A DNA stretch of 64,000 nucleotides from Yuukianura sp. NJ FZ-2021 (GCA_046563655.1 CM102290.1:9796001-9860000); one strand, 5' to 3'; positions 23,831 through 37,184 are shown, counted from the stretch's first letter. The notes: generated by a model from the letters alone, not told the origin. Numbers and translations: made by a program.

Positions 23831-26800
23831 TGCACTCGGAAGAAACAAACCCACCACCAACCACCTCCCTCGCCACGATCCACCAGGAAGTTTTTGACTC
23901 GTCTTGTCTTTTGAATTGTGAATGAGGATTTGAGTATGAATTAATGCTGCGCCTCTACCAAACTCACAATTGTTCAATGCACATACAATTATTCTGAATC
24001 ACGACTTTCAATTATCCTCTCATCCTTGGATAAATGTTGAGAGTGGAATTTGAACCATTGGGAAAAACTGGTTTCGGCTCCTGTGGCTACTTTTCCATTT
24101 CTAATTAAAGGAAAGCGTTTTTGGAGGTGGCGGGAGAATTGTAAAGAATTCAAATACTCGTCACTTTTGAAAGGCCCATTTTTAGTCAAAAACCATCTTG
24201 AACAAGAACCTCTATGCGCATGTAAACACTATTCAGGTGGTAAAAAACAATGGAAATTTGGAGCGTTGAACAAAGGGAGACCCACGGTTTTTAGAGTTAG
24301 AGGATGTTAATGCAAAAAAAAATGTCACGGTATAAATAGTGCGTGTTTTACATAATCATGCGCATTATTTGAAATGAACAGCGCATGCGTTTGGAATTAT
24401 CCTAGAAAGATTTTTAGTCCGAAAAACTTTTTTGATCTCATTATGCTTCTTTAAGAAACAGTTGATTGAAAAAGAGTAGGGGTGATGTTTTGCCACTTTC
24501 AACCAATCAGAATCAAGTATTATTAATTGTAATTTTACCTAATTGTTACCCGAAGCCTAAGGCTATTAATTAGTTAAAAGTTATGCTAAATGTACGAATA
24601 TTAATTATATGTTAATTCGAACCCAGTGTACCAGCTTTGCATGTTTTTGAACTCTAACTAACCACGCCATTTGTACAAAGTTACCAAAACCAGGAAGGAA
24701 GTGAAATTTTTTCTCTTACTTAAATTATTTATAATTTGTAAAAAAAAATCGAGTGTTTTAGAATTTAGAAAGTTTGTTAAAGTGTTTTGGTCCCATTTTC
24801 TGCCGCCGCCAAATTTTAAATGTAGAATTTGGGATATGCTGAACAATTTCTCATGCTTAGTGTATCCATTCCAAAAGTAAGTTGAAGTACGCCAGTCGAG
24901 GGTGGCTCTAAAAATCGAAACATGTCGTATCCGTAGAATAGTACTGTTTCTCGTCTACTTCAATCCAAAAAGCAGCGGCTAGAAATCTAATTCCAAAATT
25001 TTATTGAAATTCTCTTTTATTGTTTGGATTTTAATTGTTTTGTACCCTTTCTCATAACCGTTGTGCTAAAAAATGAGAACGTTTAGCGTTTAGGCAGGCG
25101 CTAAGATTCAAACTTTGTTATTTGTCAAATTTGACGAAAGTTGAAAGTGTTGTAGATGCGTAGGTTTAGATTGGAATTTAAAGTGTTTCCATTAAAACAA
25201 TAATTGACAATTATTGGGGAAGGGCGAGGGGGATAGATTTGAACTTTAAAAGTAAGACAATATGTCCGTGGGAGTGCCGTGAGGCCAATACGGCATGGGA
25301 ACTTAAGTTCGAGTCGAGTCATTTACATATGAAATTCTGGATGAATTGTATGGTTTAGTGAATTGGACGTAAATGATGGTTTGGTGGTCATGGACTCGTG
25401 TTGTGCCGAGAGGTCAACGGACAGTGACCTTTGGAGAGGTAGATTTTGAAAAGACGGTAATTGGCACTTGAGCACAACCGGCTTCAATTATCATTATTAT
25501 CCCCGTTTCCCTGTGAGTCCAATTCCATTTAAGTTCTTATTTGTCTCTCTCTTCTTCTTCTTTCAGTTTAGAATGTAATTTCATTTCATTTGAAAGAGGC
25601 CTTTCTAATCGTTTAAGAGGCTACAAACAGGTTGTTTTATGTTTCGATTGTTATGTTCTGCTGTGAGTGTGTTGCATAACAAAACATGAATTTGAGGGTA
25701 GATAGCATCTTTTAATTCGACTGGGTGAAACACGCCTCAGAAGAGGCACTGGACAGGAACCGAGAGTAATTTCCATCATCTTGTTCATCTTTTCGTACTT
25801 TATTTGAATTATTTTATGTAATTTTGATTTGTATTTTATTTACGATTAGTTCAAAATTACTTCATCTTAATTATCTTCACTTATGTTCACCTCTCGTAAA
25901 GAATTAGCGAATTTCAAGGTCCAGTTACACCAGCTGAAAGCATTGGAAGTTCCCCCGCTGTCGTGTTGACGTAGTTTGAACATGAACATCGTCAGCGTAA
26001 ATTGTGACTTTTCCGCCTTGACGAGTTTTAATAGATGAGGGAGAAGATGTTTGTTGAATTTTGAGAGCGGTATAATTAAAATGGTGCAGAGAACAATTGA
26101 AATGTCGAAAAGCCACAAGAAAAGCTTGTTGAAAAAGGTTGTAACCAACGTCATAAAAATTAATTAACCTTAAACTTATGAAGTCAAAGTCTGCACTCTT
26201 CCGGCCCATCACCAATTTTCAAATGGCCTCATCTTCCCAGGAGGTCTTCTTTACTCTCAATTAACTTTAAGTTGCAAACCCCATTTCAAATTAACAGCCC
26301 CCCTCTCTGCCTTTTAGCAGATAGCAGAAGGTGAGGGGTAAATGACTATTCGAAAAACACCGAATTGGTTAATGGGGTGGGGAACTGAAAGAAAGCGGGG
26401 GCGGGGGTTGTCATCAAAAATAAAATGTCACTTTGTAACCGTCGCTCCTCATAATTTCTCATTACAATTCAAATGGAGGAGATCAAAGTTTAAGGAAGGA
26501 TTTTTGGAGAAGAAATTAAAATGGAAATGAAGGGGGAGGGGAACACAGCGAAGCAGGAAAAGAAAGTGAAAATCCGCCAATAAAATTCAAATCTCGATTT
26601 CTGAAAAAACGAAGACCAAAAAATTCTGTCACCAGGCCGGATGTTGCGGCTGGCATACTAATGAGAAAACGATTTTGATTGGAAGGGTAATGGAAGCTGA
26701 CAAGTTGATTTACACTTTTATGTTCTTAGATCATAAATTAAACCCATAATTAGTCAACTCAACGAGGCTCAACGGCCTAAATAGTGCGTTGAATTCGACT

Positions 26801-26960
26801 CAACCGGTGGAGGCTATGGACTGGGAACCCATTCAAAATCACTCACTGAGCAAATATGAAAAATTAACCACTTCAGAATTTTTAGCACTGGTTTGCAGCA
26901 GTGCTTGTAATAAATTTTGGAAGGGATACAGGTAAGAAAAAAATCAAAGCAAACAATTCT

Positions 26961-29900
26961 CTAAAAGTTCTTCATATCTTTTGAAAGTTTTTCGTGAAGA
27001 GATTAGATCTCTATCGCTTTCCGTTCACGAGAAATAAAATTTTAAAATTTCATTTTAATTTTCAAAAACTTGGAAAATTCATATCTCGGGAACGGAGAGT
27101 GATAGAGAGGTAAACTCTTCGCCGCTGAATTCACAAAAATATGTAGTATTTTAAAAAATTTTAAAAAGGTACCCTCAGATTTTGACCAAATTTCACAAAA
27201 AACCATGGACTATAGTCCATGGTTTTTTTCAAAATTTGACGAAAAACTTGATGTTCCATTTTGGCGTTTTCAATATTCCTAAAAATTCTTCATACTTTTT
27301 GAAAGTTTTTCGTGAAGAGATTAGATCTCTATCGCTTTCCGTTCACGAGAAATAAAATTTTAAAATTTCATTTTAATTTTCAAAAACTTGGAAAATTCAT
27401 ATCTCGGGAACGGAGAGTGATAGAGAGGTAAACTCTTCGCCGCTGAATTCACAAAAATATGTAGTATTTTAAAAAATTTTAAAAAGGTACCCTCAGATTT
27501 TGACCAAATTTCACAAAAAACCATGGACTATAGTCCATGGTTTTTTTCAAAATTTGACGAAAAACTTGATGTTCCATTTTGGCGTTTTCAATATTCCTAA
27601 AAATTCTTCATACTTTTTGAAAGTTTTTCGTGAAGAGATTAGATCTCTATCGCTTTCCGTTCACGAGAAATAAAATTTTAAAATTTCATTTTAATTTTCA
27701 AAAACTTGGAAAATTCATATCTCGGGAACGGAGAGTGATAGAGAGGTAAACTCTTCGCCGCTGAATTCACAAAAATATGTAGTATTTTAAAAAATTTTAA
27801 AAAGGTACCCTCAGATTTTGACCAAATTTCACAAAAAACCATGGACTATAGTCCATGGTTTTTTTCAAAATTTGACGAAAAACTTGATGTTCCATTTTGG
27901 CGTTTTCAATATTCCTAAAAATTCTTCATACTTTTTGAAAGTTTTTCGTGAAGAGATTAGATCTCTATCGCTTTCCGTTCACGAGAAATAAAATTTTAAA
28001 ATTTCATTTTAATTTTCAAAAACTTGGAAAATTCATATCTCGGGAACGGAGAGTGATAGAGAGGTAAACTCTTCGCCGCTGAATTCACAAAAATATGTAG
28101 TATTTTAAAAAATTTTAAAAAGGTACCCTCAGATTTTGACCAAATTTCACAAAAAACCATGGACTATAGTCCATGCTTTTTTTCAAAATTTGACGAAAAA
28201 CTTGATGTTCCATTTTGGCGTTTTCAATATTCCTAAAAATTCTTCATACTTTTTGAAAGTTTTTCGTGAAGAGATTAGATCTCTATCGCTTTCCGTTCAC
28301 GAGAAATAAAATTTTAAAATTTCATTTTAATTTTCAAAAACTTGGAAAATTCATATCTCGGGAACGGAGAGTGATAGAGAGGTAAACTCTTCGCCGCTGA
28401 ATTCACAAAAATATGTAGTATTTTAAAAAATTTTAAAAAGGTACCCTCAGATTTTGACCAAATTTCACAAAAAACCATGGACTATAGTCCATGGTTTTTT
28501 TCAAAATTTGACGAAAAACTTGATGTTCCATTTTGGCGTTTTCAATATTCCTAAAAATTCTTCATACTTTTTGAAAGTTTTTCGTGAAGAGATTAGATCT
28601 CTATCGCTTTCCGTTCACGAGAAATAAAATTTTAAAATTTCATTTTAATTTTCAAAAACTTGGAAAATTCATATCTCGGGAACGGAGAGTGATAGAGAGG
28701 TAAACTCTTCGCCGCTGAATTCACAAAAATATGTAGTATTTTAAAAAATTTTAAAAAGGTACCCTCAGATTTTGACCAAATTTCACAAAAAACCATGGAC
28801 TATAGTCCATGGTTTTTTTCAAAATTTGACGAAAAACTTGATGTTCCATTTTGGCGTTTTCAATATTCCTAAAAATTCTTCATACTTTTTGAAAGTTTTT
28901 CGTGAAGAGATTAGATCTCTATCGCTTTCCGTTCACGAGAAATAAAATTTTAAAATTTCATTTTAATTTTCAAAAACTTGGAAAATTCATATCTCGGGAA
29001 CGGAGAGTGATAGAGAGGTAAACTCTTCGCCGCTGAATTCACAAAAATATGTAGTATTTTAAAAAATTTTAAAAAGGTACCCTCAGATTTTGACCAAATT
29101 TCACAAAAAACCATGGACTATAGTCCATGGTTTTTTTCAAAATTTGACGAAAAACTTGATGTTCCATTTTGGCGTTTTCAATATTCCTAAAAATTCTTCA
29201 TACTTTTTGAAAGTTTTTCGTGAAGAGATTAGATCTCTATCGCTTTCCGTTCACGAGAAATAAAATTTTAAAATTTCATTTTAATTTTCAAAAACTTGGA
29301 AAATTCATATCTCGGGAACGGAGAGTGATAGAGAGGTAAACTCTTCGCCGCTGAATTCACAAAAATATGTAGTATTTTAAAAAATTTTAAAAAGGTACCC
29401 TCAGATTTTGACCAAATTTCACAAAAAACCATGGACTATAGTCCATGCTTTTTTTCAAAATTTGACGAAAAACTTGATGTTCCATTTTGGCGTTTTCAAT
29501 ATTCCTAAAAATTCTTCATACTTTTTGAAAGTTTTTCGTGAAGAGATTAGATCTCTATCGCTTTCCGTTCACGAGAAATAAAATTTTAAAATTTCATTTT
29601 AATTTTCAAAAACTTGGAAAATTCATATCTCGGGAACGGAGAGTGATAGAGAGGTAAACTCTTCGCCGCTGAATTCACAAAAATATGTAGTATTTTAAAA
29701 AATTTTAAAAAGGTACCCTCAGATTTTGACCAAATTTCACAAAAAACCATGGACTATAGTCCATGCTTTTTTTCAAAATTTGACGAAAAACTTGATGTTC
29801 CATTTTGGCGTTTTCAATATTCCTAAAAATTCTTCATACTTTTTGAAAGTTTTTCGTGAAGAGATTAGATCTCTATCGCTTTCCGTTCACGAGAAATAAA

Positions 29901-32900
29901 ATTTTAAAATTTCATTTTAATTTTCAAAAACTTGGAAAATTCATATCTCGGGAACGGAGAGTGATAGAGAGGTAAACTCTTCGCCGCTGAATTCACAAAA
30001 ATATGTAGTATTTTAAAAAATTTTAAAAAGGTACCCTCAGATTTTGACCAAATTTCACAAAAAACCATGGACTATAGTCCATGCTTTTTTTCAAAATTTG
30101 ACGAAAAACTTGATGTTCCATTTTGGCGTTTTCAATATTCCTAAAAATTCTTCATACTTTTTGAAAGTTTTTCGTGAAGAGATTAGATCTCTATCGCTTT
30201 CCGTTCACGAGAAATAAAATTTTAAAATTTCATTTTAATTTTCAAAAACTTGGAAAATTCATATCTCGGGAACGGAGAGTGATAGAGAGGTAAACTCTTC
30301 GCCGCTGAATTCACAAAAATATGTAGTATTTTAAAAAATTTTAAAAAGGTACCCTCAGATTTTGACCAAATTTCACAAAAAACCATGGACTATAGTCCAT
30401 GGTTTTTTTCAAAATTTGACGAAAAACTTGATGTTCCATTTTGGCGTTTTCAATATTCCTAAAAATTCTTCATACTTTTTGAAAGTTTTTCGTGAAGAGA
30501 TTAGATCTCTATCGCTTTCCGTTCACGAGAAATAAAATTTTAAAATTTCATTTTAATTTTCAAAAACTTGGAAAATTCATATCTCGGGAACGGAGAGTGA
30601 TAGAGAGGTAAACTCTTCGCCGCTGAATTCACAAAAATATGTAGTATTTTAAAAAATTTTAAAAAGGTACCCTCAGATTTTGACCAAATTTCACAAAAAA
30701 CCATGGACTATAGTCCATGGTTTTTTTCAAAATTTGACGAAAAACTTGATGTTCCATTTTGGCGTTTTCAATATTCCTAAAAATTCTTCATACTTTTTGA
30801 AAGTTTTTCGTGAAGAGATTAGATCTCTATCGCTTTCCGTTCACGAGAAATAAAATTTTAAAATTTCATTTTAATTTTCAAAAACTTGGAAAATTCATAT
30901 CTCGGGAACGGAGAGTGATAGAGAGGTAAACTCTTCGCCGCTGAATTCACAAAAATATGTAGTATTTTAAAAAATTTTAAAAAGGTACCCTCAGATTTTG
31001 ACCAAATTTCACAAAAAACCATGGACTATAGTCCATGGTTTTTTTCAAAATTTGACGAAAAACTTGATGTTCCATTTTGGCGTTTTCAATATTCCTAAAA
31101 ATTCTTCATACTTTTTGAAAGTTTTTCGTGAAGAGATTAGATCTCTATCGCTTTCCGTTCACGAGAAATAAAATTTTAAAATTTCATTTTAATTTTCAAA
31201 AACTTGGAAAATTCATATCTCGGGAACGGAGAGTGATAGAGAGGTAAACTCTTCGCCGCTGAATTCACAAAAATATGTAGTATTTTAAAAAATTTTAAAA
31301 AGGTACCCTCAGATTTTGACCAAATTTCACAAAAAACCATGGACTATAGTCCATGCTTTTTTTCAAAATTTGACGAAAAACTTGATGTTCCATTTTGGCG
31401 TTTTCAATATTCCTAAAAATTCTTCATACTTTTTGAAAGTTTTTCGTGAAGAGATTAGATCTCTATCGCTTTCCGTTCACGAGAAATAAAATTTTAAAAT
31501 TTCATTTTAATTTTCAAAAACTTGGAAAATTCATATCTCGGGAACGGAGAGTGATAGAGAGGTAAACTCTTCGCCGCTGAATTCACAAAAATATGTAGTA
31601 TTTTAAAAAATTTTAAAAAGGTACCCTCAGATTTTGACCAAATTTCACAAAAAACCATGGACTATAGTCCATGGTTTTTTTCAAAATTTGACGAAAAACT
31701 TGATGTTCCATTTTGGCGTTTTCAATATTCCTAAAAATTCTTCATACTTTTTGAAAGTTTTTCGTGAAGAGATTAGATCTCTATCGCTTTCCGTTCACGA
31801 GAAATAAAATTTTAAAATTTCATTTTAATTTTCAAAAACTTGGAAAATTCATATCTCGGGAACGGAGAGTGATAGAGAGGTAAACTCTTCGCCGCTGAAT
31901 TCACAAAAATATGTAGTATTTTAAAAAATTTTAAAAAGGTACCCTCAGATTTTGACCAAATTTCACAAAAAACCATGGACTATAGTCCATGCTTTTTTCA
32001 AAATTTGACGAAAAACTTGATGTTCCATTTTGGCGTTTTCAATATTCCTAAAAATTCTTCATACTTTTTGAAAGTTTTTCGTGAAGAGATTAGATCTCTA
32101 TCGCTTTCCGTTCACGAGAAATAAAATTTTAAAATTTCATTTTAATTTTCAAAAACTTGGAAAATTCATATCTCGGGAACGGAGAGTGATAGAGAGGTAA
32201 ACTCTTCGCCGCTGAATTCACAAAAATATGTAGTATTTTAAAAAATTTTAAAAAGGTACCCTCAGATTTTGACCAAATTTCACAAAAAACCATGGACTAT
32301 AGTCCATGGTTTTTTTCAAAATTTGACGAAAAACTTGATGTTCCATTTTGGCGTTTTCAATATTCCTAAAAATTCTTCATACTTTTTGAAAGTTTTTCGT
32401 GAAGAGATTAGATCTCTATCGCTTTCCGTTCACGAGAAATAAAATTTTAAAATTTCATTTTAATTTTCAAAAACTTGGAAAATTCATATCTCGGGAACGG
32501 ATTTTTTTCAAAATTTGACGAAAAACTTGATGTTCCATTTTGGCGTTTTCAATATTCCTAAAAATTCTTCATACTTTTTGAAAGTTTTTCGTGAAGAGAT
32601 TAGATCTCTATCGCTTTCCGTTCACGAGAAATAAAATTTTAAAATTTCATTTTAATTTTCAAAAACTTGGAAAATTCATATCTCGGGAACGGAGAGTGAT
32701 AGAGAGGTAAACTCTTCGCCGCTGAATTCACAAAAATGAACGGAGAGTGATAGAGAGGTAAACTCTTCGCCGCTGAATTCACAAAAATATGTAGTATTTT
32801 AAAAAATTTTAAAAAGGTACCCTCAGATTTTGACCAAATTTCACAAAAAACCATGGACTATAGTCCATGGTTTTTTTCAAAATTTGACGAAAAACTTGAT

Positions 32901-34025
32901 GTTCCATTTTGGCGTTTTCAATATTCCTAAAAATTCTTCATACTTTTTGAAAGTTTTTCGTGAAGAGATTAGATCTCTATCGCTTTCCGTTCACGAGAAA
33001 TAAAATTTTAAAATTTCATTTTAATTTTCAAAAACTTGGAAAATTCATATCTCGGGAACGGAGAGTGATAGAGAGGTAAACTCTTCGCCGCTGAATTCAC
33101 AAAAATATGTAGTATTTTAAAAAATTTTAAAAAGGTACCCTCAGATTTTGACCAAATTTCACAAAAAACCATGGACTATAGTCCATGGTTTTTTTCAAAA
33201 TTTGACGAAAAACTTGATGTTCCATTTTGGCGTTTTCAATATTCCTAAAAATTCTTCATACTTTTTGAAAGTTTTTCGTGAAGAGATTAGATCTCTATCG
33301 CTTTCCGTTCACGAGAAATAAAATTTTAAAATTTCATTTTAATTTTCAAAAACTTGGAAAATTCATATCTCGGGAACGGAGAGTGATAGAGAGGTAAACT
33401 CTTCGCCGCTGAATTCACAAAAATATGTAGTATTTTAAAAAATTTTAAAAAGGTACCCTCAGATTTTGACCAAATTTCACAAAAAACCATGGACTATAGT
33501 CCATGAAAGGTACCCTCAGATTTTGACCAAATTTCACAAAAAACCATGGACTATAGTCCATGCTTTTTTCAAAATTTGACGAAAAACTTGATGTTCCATT
33601 TTGGCGTTTTCAATATTCCTAAAAATTCTTCATACTTTTTGAAAGTTTTTCGTGAAGAGATTAGATCTCTATCGCTTTCCGTTCACGAGAAATAAAATTT
33701 TAAAATTTCATTTTAATTTTCAAAAACTTGGAAAATTCATATCTCGGGAACGGAGAGTGATAGAGAGGTAAACTCTTCGCCGCTGAATTCACAAAAATAT
33801 GTAGTATTTTAAAAAATTTTAAAAAGGTACCCTCAGATTTTGACCAAATTTCACAAAAAACCATGGACTATAGTCCATGCTTTTTTTCAAAATTTGACGA
33901 AAAACTTGATGTTCCATTTTGGCGTTTTCAATATTCCTAAAAATTCTTCATACTTTTTGAAAGTTTTTCGTGAAGAGATTAGATCTCTATCGCTTTCCGT
34001 TCACGAGATATAAAATTTTAAAATT
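26961..34025. repeat. 318-bp tandem satellite array, about 22 units, near-identical
   Basis: The marker GATTAGATCT recurs at 27001+318k for k=0..15, then at 32088, 32406, 32598, 32967, 33285, 33659 and 33977. Each intact unit holds AAAAAACCATGGACTATAGTCCATGGTTTTTT or its CCATGC variant. Confidence 0.98.
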
Positions 34026-34935
34026 GTTTTTTTTTTATTTTAAAATATTTTGTTCGTAAATAGTTTGAATGAAATGAAACATTTTTTAGGATTCATCCAT
34101 TCAAAAGTGACCATTTTTGTACCCAACTTTCTCACTTACAGGCTTTTTTTCAGTGAAAATGCTACTAGCCCTTCTCGTTTTTTCTTTCATCGGATATACA
34201 GGAGTTTCTCACACGTCTAACATACTAACACATAATGTACAGCTTTCTCCTGTTTATCATTCTCCTTTCACATTCTGTAACTCGAACATTTAATTACGAA
34301 TTGTTCAACTGATTTCATTAGTCACAAAGTTGTCATATAAATACTGTAGGATTTTATTGAAACCTTTGAAATCCAATAAAACTATATATTGACTTAACCA
34401 TACACAAAAGGTAACTAAAATAAAAATAAAACGCCAATTAACCTACAGTTTAACCCGACTATAATTTTTAAAGCAAAATTGCAAAAGTGTCTGTCTAATT
34501 TTGATTTCTTTTTTCGTAAAATGATTTTCTGTGTTACAATGATTTCCGATATGAAGGAGTTAATGTCGCAATTTGTTTGCGGAAAGACATGGGACTTGCT
34601 TCCAGGTAGTGCTGAATGGTCCTGCGCACTGATGCTATCTCCTTCAATTTTAAAAATAGACTTGGAACTGAAAGAAAAAATCTGATGATTTCCGGTATAG
34701 GATTCATTCAGGAATTGGTTCATTCTAAATTTAAAAATTCATCTTAGAAGCATCTTTAGGATTGAATAGAATTTGAAATCAGTTTCAAACCACTACGCCG
34801 CTCCTTCTTTTCCGTCCATGAACTTCGACCTTTTCATTGATGTTTCCACTGTAGGAGTTTCCAGTGATGCGTCTCAGTTTCATTTCCATTCAAAGATTTC
34901 CGGTGACCTTCCACCTCTCGTATGTCAACTGTAGA

Positions 34936-34991
34936 CCAATGTCAACCGTATAAAATCCAAGGCTCCCCGGGTCTGAAGCTCACTTTCATTT
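34936..34991 (+). promoter_or_regulatory. Putative core promoter of the JHAMT-like gene (CCAAT, TATA, Inr-like)
   Basis: CCAAT at 34936-34940, TATAAAA at 34949-34955, TCACTT/TCATTT about 31-37 nt after the TATA start (34980-34991), about 100 nt upstream of the ATG. Confidence 0.5.
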
Positions 34992-35086
34992 TCAGGAAGA
35001 ACTGAATAGGTGGCAACGATCAAGAAACCTAACCTACTCCAACGAAGTATCTACAAGGACAAAAACACAACTTCATTCAGACAGTC

Positions 35087-36674
35087 ATGCATGATCCAGA
35101 CTCATACGAAACCTACAGTGAATTTCAGCGACGAGATGCCAAAGAGCTTGTTCCATATCTCGTGTCACAAATGGACTGGCGACATTGTCGGCGTGTTTTG
35201 GACTTCGGTTGCGGTTCCGGATTCATCACAAAACATGTACTTCTTCCACTGCTTCAGGTATGCTGCAAAAATAGCAAAATTTAACTTTTAACATGACTTC
35301 CGACTTTAAACTTTTTCCCAAAGGAACAGACCAAGGTAGATCCCGTCCTACTAGGAGTAGACCTCAGTCAAACCATGATTGACTTCGCCGCAGCCAAGTA
35401 TAAAGACCCGAAACTGACATATATGGCCATCGACCTGCTCCAGGAAGATCCCCCTGTCGTCATGCCAACATTTGACAAAATTTTCTCATCACACGTCATG
35501 CATTGGATCAAAGATCAGGAGTAAGTTTCAACGCGGATTTTCCTGTAGTTTAGGACTCGCTGTTAGCCATGCGCATGACCAATGGTACCAAGCGGCAAGC
35601 AATTGTTGATTGAAGAAATAAGATAATCGAGATGGTAGACGTGAGAAACAAGGGATTAATTGGAGGTTGGAAAAACTTTTGCTAATTCGACTTTGGTCAA
35701 TTCTTCTTATTTTTAATTTCCATTGTTCAGCCAAGTGGAAACGGCGTTAAAGCGGAAAGGGATGAAAAGCTTGTGAATTTGAACAAAGTCGAATCAAATA
35801 CGTGCCTCCGTCACGTCTGAGAAAATTAAGGAAATGAAATGACTTATGAGGTTGGAGGCGGAGGGAAACGTCAAAAATTTTCGCAAATTTGTAATAAAGT
35901 TTTCCACAAAATTGTTTGCAAATTTGCGCTTAACTATGGAAATAAATTAACCAACTTGTTAAAAAGCGCGCCACTAATGAAAAGCTTTCGAGTTAGAAGC
36001 ATATTTTAAGTTTTTCTAAACAAGCTCTGTTATCTTGTTGATTATTTTCTAGAAAAGCGGTCCGACGTCTCTACAACTTACTCCAGCGGCATGGCGAGAT
36101 TGGCCTATACTTCATTGCATCTGCTCCAGTTTTCTCAGTCTACCAAGCAATGGGCGATAACCCGCGGTGGACCCCCTACCTCTCTGTTAGTAAACATTGG
36201 TATTACATGACCTACAGAACTAGTTTACGACTTACCCCTCGTGACCTTTTATCCGCAGGACGTGAACAATTTCATTCCGAAAACACACTTCAGTGACGAT
36301 CCAGCAAGGGACTTCTCAGAATTAATGAGTCGTGCAGGATTTCAAGTTGACGAGGCCAGGACCGTGGCCCGTTGCTACACATTTGATACCCTCGAAACCA
36401 TGATAGGTGAGCACGAACTCCTAAATAAAAGAATAATTGTTACTAATGCACCAGTTAAATAAATAAGAGTCTGATAACTGTAAATGGTCCTACAGAAGCC
36501 GCCATGGCTGCTAACCCCTTCATTCATCGCATTCCGCCTGGTCTTGAGGAAGACTACAAGGAAGATTTCAGTAGAGCTTTTGAACCGCTGATTCGAGCGT
36601 CGACTGATCCGAGAACACCGCATGGCGTCATTGTCGAGTACACTATACTTATCATCAGAGCACATAAAGCATAA
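35087..36674 (+). CDS. jhamt: Juvenile hormone acid O-methyltransferase-like SAM-dependent methyltransferase, 5 exons, 275 aa
   Basis: Exons 35087-35257, 35324-35520, 36053-36185, 36259-36406, 36496-36674 join in frame (828 nt). SAM motif I VLDFGCGSG, motif LGVDLSQTMIDFA, FDKIFSSHVMHW, Gln14 in QRRDA, C-terminal AANPF...YTILIIRAHK, all typical of the JHAMT family. Confidence 0.85.
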
Positions 36675-37184
36675 TGATCCTTTTACGTCTAACAATGTCT
36701 TAAAATAGAAAAGTTTTTGAAATAGAACAAAATTAGTCAAGGGAGCAAATATTAAACCAAAATTTTGTAGAACTACCTACTATACTAATTAGAACAAAGG
36801 GCTATGACACTTTGAATTATAACCTATTTTGATATGTAGACTATTAATTGAACATGAGATTAAACATAGTCAAACTAGCTTCAAAAATTAACATTTTCAA
36901 TTTGATGAAAAAAATTCGACCGTGGAATTAATGTCGAAAAGAATTTTAATTAATTATGATCACTTTTGTCAATTGTTAGGTATGCTTTGATCTCGAACTT
37001 CCGTGTGGCCAGCAGCGAATTTACGATTTTGACTCCTTCCAAAAAAATTTCAGTTGACGCCGGTGAATCTTGGAAGAAACAACACCAAATGTTAATAAAA
37101 GACACAATGAAAGTGTTTTTACTTAAAAAATTAAACTCTTACTTTGATGAGACGCGGTTTGAAATTTTGATTTGATTGATTTGG

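Noticed and set aside
25925..26215. Minus-strand ORF containing VTIYADDV, resembling a reverse transcriptase YADD motif
   Set aside because: There are no convincing flanking RT motifs (no QG..LSP..F) and the ORF is short and closed by stops. It is likely chance, though an HMM search would settle it.
26961..34025. CRISPR-like array, suggested by regularly spaced palindromes
   Set aside because: The intervening sequences are identical rather than unique spacers, there are no cas genes, and the context is eukaryotic.
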